The notes below the pieces were generated by a model. It had not been told where the DNA came from, did no database searches, and saw nothing but the letters and a program-made list of their open reading frames with translations. Below, in pieces: positions 59,020 through 64,000 of a DNA stretch of 64,000 nt. The DNA is from Candidatus Woesebacteria bacterium GW2011_GWF1_31_35 (GTDB taxonomy: Bacteria > Patescibacteriota > Microgenomatia > UBA8517), in contig CP011214.1 of assembly GCA_001029755.1 (NCBI GenBank), positions 129,754 through 193,753 on the forward strand, written 5' to 3'. How positions within the stretch are numbered: the stretch's first letter is position 1; each line of letters begins with the position of its first letter. The translations under genes were made by a program, and so were the position numbers.

Positions 59020-59411
59020 TTCAAATCAGGATTTTTACAAAATTCAGTTTCCAGCATTAAACTTTCATCTGAAAAATTTATTGAAGTCCTTTCTTGTTTT
59101 AATTCTATTGCTAATTCTCCTATAAATTTAATAAATGACTCTTTAAATTTATTTTCAACGACTGAAAAACGAGGATAAATAGATGTCCAAATTAAAACGG
59201 CATCTTCTTCATAATTTTTATCTTTCCCGGCAACTAAAATTTTGGTTGGCGTTATTGTACCTGAAAAAATATAATCAATTCGTTCAGATACATGTTTTAT
59301 TGCTTCTTCAATTGTATTAATGTTGATATTTTCACTTTGATATCCAGCTTTTAAACCCACTAATGCCGAGGCTTCAAAAAATTCAATATTTAAACCAGTT
59401 TTATATGACAT
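59016..59411 (-). CDS. Hypothetical protein, possible ferredoxin/PII-like fold
   Basis: 131 aa; own extended -10 promoter; VGLKAGY, EEDAV, YPRF, LAIELKQERTSI. Confidence 0.65.
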   Translation of the reverse strand: MSYKTGLNIEFFEASALVGLKAGYQSENININTIEEAIKHVSERIDYIFSGTITPTKILVAGKDKNYEEDAVLIWTSIYPRFSVVENKFKESFIKFIGELAIELKQERTSINFSDESLMLETEFCKNPDLK

Positions 59412-59430
59412 GAGGCAATTTTAACACAAT

Positions 59431-60480
59431 TTACAAAGGAAGAAATTCTTTAATATTTTGGAGTGTTACAGTAAAAGAAGTTCCTTTACCTTCAACAATT
59501 AATCTTGCAACTTTTCTAACAACTCCTTCAATTGTTCTCTCCATCGTACGAATTCCAGCATCATAGCCTAAAGGTCTAACTAAACTAACCCAAACGTCAT
59601 CATCAATTTTTAAAGTTTCAGAGGGAATTCCTGCAGCTTTCATTGCTTTTGGAAACACATACTTTTGTCCTATGGTTATTTTTTCTTGATCAGTATAACT
59701 AGGCATCATAATGGGTTCTAATCTATCCATAACAGCCGTTGAAATACTTGTTGTGTTATTTGCAGTTGCTATAAAAATGCATTCTGAAAGATCAAAAGGA
59801 TAATCAATATAGTGATCAGAAAAAGCATGATTTTGACCAGGATCCAAAAGTTCTACTAAGACTCCCATAATTGATGCCCTTCCAATATCAGTTACCCTGT
59901 CAATTTCATCTAAAAGTATTACAGAATTTTTAAATTGTGTAGTTCGAAGTGCCTTAATAATTTTTCCAGGCTCTGCCTCTGGATGCATTTTGGATTGACC
60001 ACGAAGATCCAATGGATCTCCCATGCCACCAAATGGGATTCTAGCAATTTTTCTTCCCAGTGCCTCTGCAATTGAATATGCTATTGTAGTTTTTCCTGTT
60101 CCAACCAAACCTACAAAACAAAGAATTGGCGCCCTATAAATATCTTCACCTTCATTTTTTTCTTGTTTTAATTTCATAACTGAAATATATTCTAAAATTC
60201 TATCTTTAATTTCTTCTAAGCCAAAATGATTAATGTCTAATATCTTTTTAGCATTAATAAGATCAAGATTATCTTTGGATTTCTTATTCCAAGGAAGACT
60301 TACAATCCAATCAATATATTTATTCATTCTGTCGTACTCAGGCAAAAAAGTTGGAGAATTTGTCAATTTTTTAAGTTGTTCTAACCTAATTTGTACACTT
60401 GACTTTAAATCATCAGGAATTGTTGATTTAGTAATTTTATCTGAAAGAATATCAATTTCATTAAAGGCAGTGTCTGGCAT
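59431..60480 (-). CDS. Lon-like AAA+ ATPase without protease domain
   Basis: YIDWIVSLPW, HFGLEEIKDRILEY, GLVGTGKTT, LLDEID, LLDPGQN..F.DHY, MDRLE. Confidence 0.85.
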   Translation of the reverse strand: MPDTAFNEIDILSDKITKSTIPDDLKSSVQIRLEQLKKLTNSPTFLPEYDRMNKYIDWIVSLPWNKKSKDNLDLINAKKILDINHFGLEEIKDRILEYISVMKLKQEKNEGEDIYRAPILCFVGLVGTGKTTIAYSIAEALGRKIARIPFGGMGDPLDLRGQSKMHPEAEPGKIIKALRTTQFKNSVILLDEIDRVTDIGRASIMGVLVELLDPGQNHAFSDHYIDYPFDLSECIFIATANNTTSISTAVMDRLEPIMMPSYTDQEKITIGQKYVFPKAMKAAGIPSETLKIDDDVWVSLVRPLGYDAGIRTMERTIEGVVRKVARLIVEGKGTSFTVTLQNIKEFLPL

Positions 60481-60537
60481 AATTAAAGTATATCAAGTGA
60501 AAAAGTTAGAACAAGTAATATTAATGAAGCTATCAAA

Positions 60538-62847
60538 TTATCTATCGTTTCTATCTGTTTGAAAATATCTAGTAGTTGGAAAATGTGGTCCAGATGATCT
60601 TCTATCGTCTCCTCCAGTACTTGGTCTTCTGTCTCTATCTCCACCAAAACTTCTTCCACTACCACTTCCCCTACTAAATCCTCCAGAGGGTCTTCCTCCA
60701 CCTCTAAAACCTCCTCCACTTCTTCTGTCTCCTCCAGTACTTGGTCTTCTTTCCTCTTTTGGTTTATCAGTTGATGGATCCATTCTCATCGAAAGATTAA
60801 TTCTTCCCATATCATCAATTTCTTTAACTCTAACTTGTACTTTATCTCCAATTTTTACAACATCATTGGCATCATTAACATATCCTTCAGTCATGTCTGA
60901 GACATGAACCATTCCATCTTTTCCAGGTAAAATATTTACAAAAGCTCCAAAAGGCATAATTCTTGCAACAGTTCCTTCATATATTTCTCCTGCAATAACA
61001 ACTTTTGCAAGACCTTCTACCCATTCAATTGCTTTTGCAATTTTAGTTTCATCCATACCTGAAATTGAAACACTACCATCATCTTCAACTTCAACTTCAG
61101 TTCCAGTATCTGCCATTAATTTTTTGATAGCTTTACCACCTGGCCCTATTAACTCTCCAATTTTTTCAACTGGAATCTTTACAAGCTTAATTTTTGGAGC
61201 AAACTTTGAAACTTCTTTTCTAGGTTCCTTGATTGCATCCACAACAGCTTTTAACATAACAGCTCTTCCTGTCTTTGCCTGATCTAACGCATCTTTTAAG
61301 ATTGATGGAGTTAAATTTAAAGTTTTAACATCAAGTTGTATTGCAGTAACTCCTTTTTCTGTTCCTGCAACTTTAAAATCCATATCTCCATTAAAATCTT
61401 CAATACCCATGATATCTGAAAGAATTGCAACATCTTTACCTTCAATAATTAATCCCATTGCAATTCCAGCAACAGGAGCTTTTATTGGAACACCTGCATC
61501 CATCAATGCCATTGATGATCCACAAACTGATGCCATTGAAGTTGAACCATTGGAACTTAATACTTCAGAAACTACTCTAATTGCATATGGAAATTCTTCA
61601 TTACTTGGAAGAACTGGAATCAATGCTTTCTCAGCTAAGGCTCCATGTCCAATCTCACGTCTACCAGGATTTCCAACGCGTCCTACTTCTCCAATTGTAA
61701 AAGGTGGCATTGAATAATCATGCATATAACGTTTTTCTTCTTCCCCTCCAGCAGTTTCTAAAAGTTGTCCCATTGAAGAAGCTCCAAGTGTTGCAATTGA
61801 AAGAACTTGGGTTTGACCTCTTGTGAAAAGTCCTGATCCATGAGTTCTTGGCAAAAATCCAACTTCAGCTGTAAGTTTTCTAATTTCTGTTAATTTTCTA
61901 CCATCAGGTCTTGTCTTTTTCTTTAAAATTTGTTCTCTAATGTAATCTTTTTTAAGATGATCAATAATTCCTACTATAAATTTCTTATCTGACTCATTCT
62001 CAAATTTCTCTTTAACTGCATTAACTAACTCCATAAATTCTCCCGATGCTCCTTCGTGGTTTGCCATACCTTTAACAAGATCGGCAATTTTATCACTTAC
62101 TAATTTGGTAACTTCTTTTTCCAAAGCAAGTGGTGCTTTTTCTTCTTTGTAAACATCTCTTTTAATACCAATTTCATCAGCCAATTCAGAAATTGCAGTA
62201 TTTATTTTTTGTGCTTCTTCGAAAGCTAACTTTACTCCATCTAATATAACTTTCTCGGAAACTTCTTTTGCACCTGCTTCAATCATTAAAACCGCATCCT
62301 TTGTAGAAGACACTACTAAATTTAATGGGGAAGAGGTTAAATCTCCATTTACAGGATTAACAATAAATTTTTCATCTTTAAGTCCAACATTAATAACTCC
62401 AACTGGGCCTTTCCAAGGTAAAGTTGTAATGTGAACTGCAGCTGACGCTGCAATTGCTCCTAAAATTGATGGATCATTAACCCCATCAACTGAAAGTACA
62501 GCAACAATTACTTGAACTTCCTTTTTGTAATCTTTAGGAAAAAGCGGTCTAATTGATCTATCTATGAGTCTTGCGGTTAGTATTTCTTTATCAGTAGGTC
62601 GTCCTTCTCTTTTGACCCACCTTGAACCTTTTATCTTTCCTCCTGCATATAATTTTTCTTGATATTCAACTGAAAGTGGAAAATAATCAAATTCTTGTTT
62701 TAATGGAACGTGAGTAACAGTAGCTAAAATTACAGTATCTCCATACCTAGCCATGACAGCACCTGAGGCCTGCTCTGCTAATATTCCTGTGGTTAAAGTT
62801 AATTTTCTTCCACCTAATTCGAATGTCTTTTCGTATTTCTTATTCAT
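60538..62847 (-). CDS. pnp: Polyribonucleotide nucleotidyltransferase
   Basis: RLIDRSIRPLFP, RREIGHG, SNGSTSMAS, GDMDFKVAG, KH and S1 domains, RG-rich tail. Confidence 0.99.
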   Translation of the reverse strand: MNKKYEKTFELGGRKLTLTTGILAEQASGAVMARYGDTVILATVTHVPLKQEFDYFPLSVEYQEKLYAGGKIKGSRWVKREGRPTDKEILTARLIDRSIRPLFPKDYKKEVQVIVAVLSVDGVNDPSILGAIAASAAVHITTLPWKGPVGVINVGLKDEKFIVNPVNGDLTSSPLNLVVSSTKDAVLMIEAGAKEVSEKVILDGVKLAFEEAQKINTAISELADEIGIKRDVYKEEKAPLALEKEVTKLVSDKIADLVKGMANHEGASGEFMELVNAVKEKFENESDKKFIVGIIDHLKKDYIREQILKKKTRPDGRKLTEIRKLTAEVGFLPRTHGSGLFTRGQTQVLSIATLGASSMGQLLETAGGEEEKRYMHDYSMPPFTIGEVGRVGNPGRREIGHGALAEKALIPVLPSNEEFPYAIRVVSEVLSSNGSTSMASVCGSSMALMDAGVPIKAPVAGIAMGLIIEGKDVAILSDIMGIEDFNGDMDFKVAGTEKGVTAIQLDVKTLNLTPSILKDALDQAKTGRAVMLKAVVDAIKEPRKEVSKFAPKIKLVKIPVEKIGELIGPGGKAIKKLMADTGTEVEVEDDGSVSISGMDETKIAKAIEWVEGLAKVVIAGEIYEGTVARIMPFGAFVNILPGKDGMVHVSDMTEGYVNDANDVVKIGDKVQVRVKEIDDMGRINLSMRMDPSTDKPKEERRPSTGGDRRSGGGFRGGGRPSGGFSRGSGSGRSFGGDRDRRPSTGGDDRRSSGPHFPTTRYFQTDRNDR
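60607..60750. repeat. 24-bp perfect direct repeat in pnp tail, 120 bp apart
   Basis: GTCTCCTCCAGTACTTGGTCTTCT at 60607-60630 and 60727-60750, each encoding RRPSTGGD. Confidence 0.9.
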
Positions 62848-62880
62848 CTAAAACCTATATTTTTATTATTAATGAAGCCT

Positions 62881-63150
62881 TTATTTGTTGAGTTTTAACT
62901 CTTTTATTAAAGCTTTGTATCTTCCTTCGTCTTTCTTTTGTAAGTATGACAGAAGTCTTCGTCTTTTTGCAACCATTGAAAGAAGACCTCTTCTTGAATG
63001 AACATCTTTTTTATGTTCTTTCAAATGTTCTGCTAGTTTATCAATCTTTGTGGAAAGAAGTGCAATCTGAATCTCTGGAGATCCTGTATCACCTTTTTCT
63101 CTAGCAAACTTTTTAATTAATTCTTTTTTCTCTTCAACTTTTAATGCCAT
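62881..63150 (-). CDS. rpsO: 30S ribosomal protein S15
   Basis: [21 protein letters not shown]. Confidence 0.99.
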   Translation of the reverse strand: MALKVEEKKELIKKFAREKGDTGSPEIQIALLSTKIDKLAEHLKEHKKDVHSRRGLLSMVAKRRRLLSYLQKKDEGRYKALIKELKLNK

Positions 63151-63164
63151 TTATATTTTTTGTC

Positions 63165-63255
63165 ATGTATTGCTAAAGTAAGTCTATAAAGCATTCTATA
63201 AGACAAACCTTGCAAACATCTTTGTTATATTACCATAAACTTGATTATTCCGCAA
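63165..63255 (-). promoter_or_regulatory. rpsO promoter and long leader hairpin
   Basis: TTGCGG-17-TAATAT with TG extension; interrupted stem ATGT/TTGC/AAGG/GTC/TATA...TATA/GAC/CTTT/GCAA/ACAT. Confidence 0.6.
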
Positions 63256-63269
63256 AGGATAAAAATTTA

Positions 63270-64000
63270 TTAACTTACTGAAGTTCCTGTATAAACTTTT
63301 GGTTCTGTCCAAGACTGGGGTATTTCTTCTACTTCTTCTTCTTTTTGTTCTTCAACTTTTGTAGTCTTTTCAACTTGTTTTACTTGCTGTGATCTTACAT
63401 TTGTAAAAGGCTTTGTTGGTATTGATCCTTTAGGAAAATTGTCAGAAGAAAGTATTTTTGGCATCCTTATTCCACCCAATTTAAGTAACTCTGCGAAAAT
63501 TTCAAAAGTTAAAGCTGTTACATCAGATCCTTGAAAGTTTTTACTTGAATCTTCAATTCCTGATAATAAATTGGTTGCAATATCTGGATCAATTGAAAGA
63601 CCACTTTCTTTAATTAAATTAGCCATTAATTCTGAGACTCCTGATGCCGGACTTGCAAATGATAATATTTGAAGATCACTAGTTACCTCTAAAAATCTTA
63701 TTCCAATATGTATTATTTTTGCATCTTTAAATTCAGGGTTTGATAAAATTGGAAAACTAGTTTCATTTTCCCCTCCAATTAAAATTACAGTATCAGCGCC
63801 AACTCCTGAATAGGAAATATCAATTTGTTCTTTAGTTGGTGAGTTAAGGCCTGACTTTGGAGAAACTGTTAATTTAAACTGTCCATTTTCAATATCATAA
63901 CTTACTTTATCCACATCCTCTGCTTGATAGTTGGTAAACTTGATAGTTAAATTTTTACTTCCAACTTCTGTCCCTATTTTATCAACACCAATAAGTCTAC
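63270..64000 (-). CDS. DHH/NrnA-like phosphoesterase-family protein (5' part outside window)
   Basis: Frame open to window edge (RLIGVDKI...VDKVSY); ATNLLSGI...T.LTFE..AEL..LG. Confidence 0.6.
   Translation of the reverse strand, partial: RLIGVDKIGTEVGSKNLTIKFTNYQAEDVDKVSYDIENGQFKLTVSPKSGLNSPTKEQIDISYSGVGADTVILIGGENETSFPILSNPEFKDAKIIHIGIRFLEVTSDLQILSFASPASGVSELMANLIKESGLSIDPDIATNLLSGIEDSSKNFQGSDVTALTFEIFAELLKLGGIRMPKILSSDNFPKGSIPTKPFTNVRSQQVKQVEKTTKVEEQKEEEVEEIPQSWTEPKVYTGTSVS

Noticed and set aside
60483-60719. 78-aa acidic ORF on the minus strand
   Set aside because: Alternative frame of the low-complexity pnp tail; no independent start signal
1-64000. CRISPR array, IS element, intron/intein or recoded stop codons
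   Set aside because: No spaced repeats or transposase motifs seen; conserved genes (recA, rpoB, rpoC) are uninterrupted; TGA is used as a normal stop (e.g. rplE, rpsC, secY)

Overview
AT-rich chromosomal window, standard code 11, almost all on the minus strand. It most likely comes from a Patescibacteria/CPR bacterium, probably Microgenomates; this is inferred from the missing rpmD/uL30, short AlaRS, N-terminally trimmed uL2 and CPR-type hypothetical genes. It holds the core information-processing cluster (rpoBC, str, S10, spc and alpha operons, rplM-rpsI) plus secDF, rnpB, tRNA-Pro(GGG), miaA, rny, recA-recX, two ABC systems, an alaS-(baseplate J-like)-sortase-ruvX-mltG envelope cluster, ftsK, rnj, pnp and rpsO. 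I found no CRISPR array, IS element or prophage. Four genes absent from the ORF track were read directly from the sequence: rpmJ, a DUF5679-like zinc ribbon, rnpB and the tRNA. The most unusual signals are: (1) EF-G with both guanine-specificity motifs changed (G4 NKLN, G5 GGDNR) while EF-Tu is canonical; (2) a stand-alone Lon-type AAA+ ATPase with no protease domain and an altered pore loop; (3) consensus promoters followed by terminator-like hairpins in the rpoB, tuf and rplC leaders; (4) a TAA-RY-GAAGCTT motif at three S10-operon junctions; (5) two cysteine-free, Fe-S-less DNA glycosylases with clamp-like tails; (6) many extended -10 leaderless promoters; (7) a perfect inverted repeat over the recA promoter and start codon. 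All family calls come from motif recognition by eye; no database search was run.
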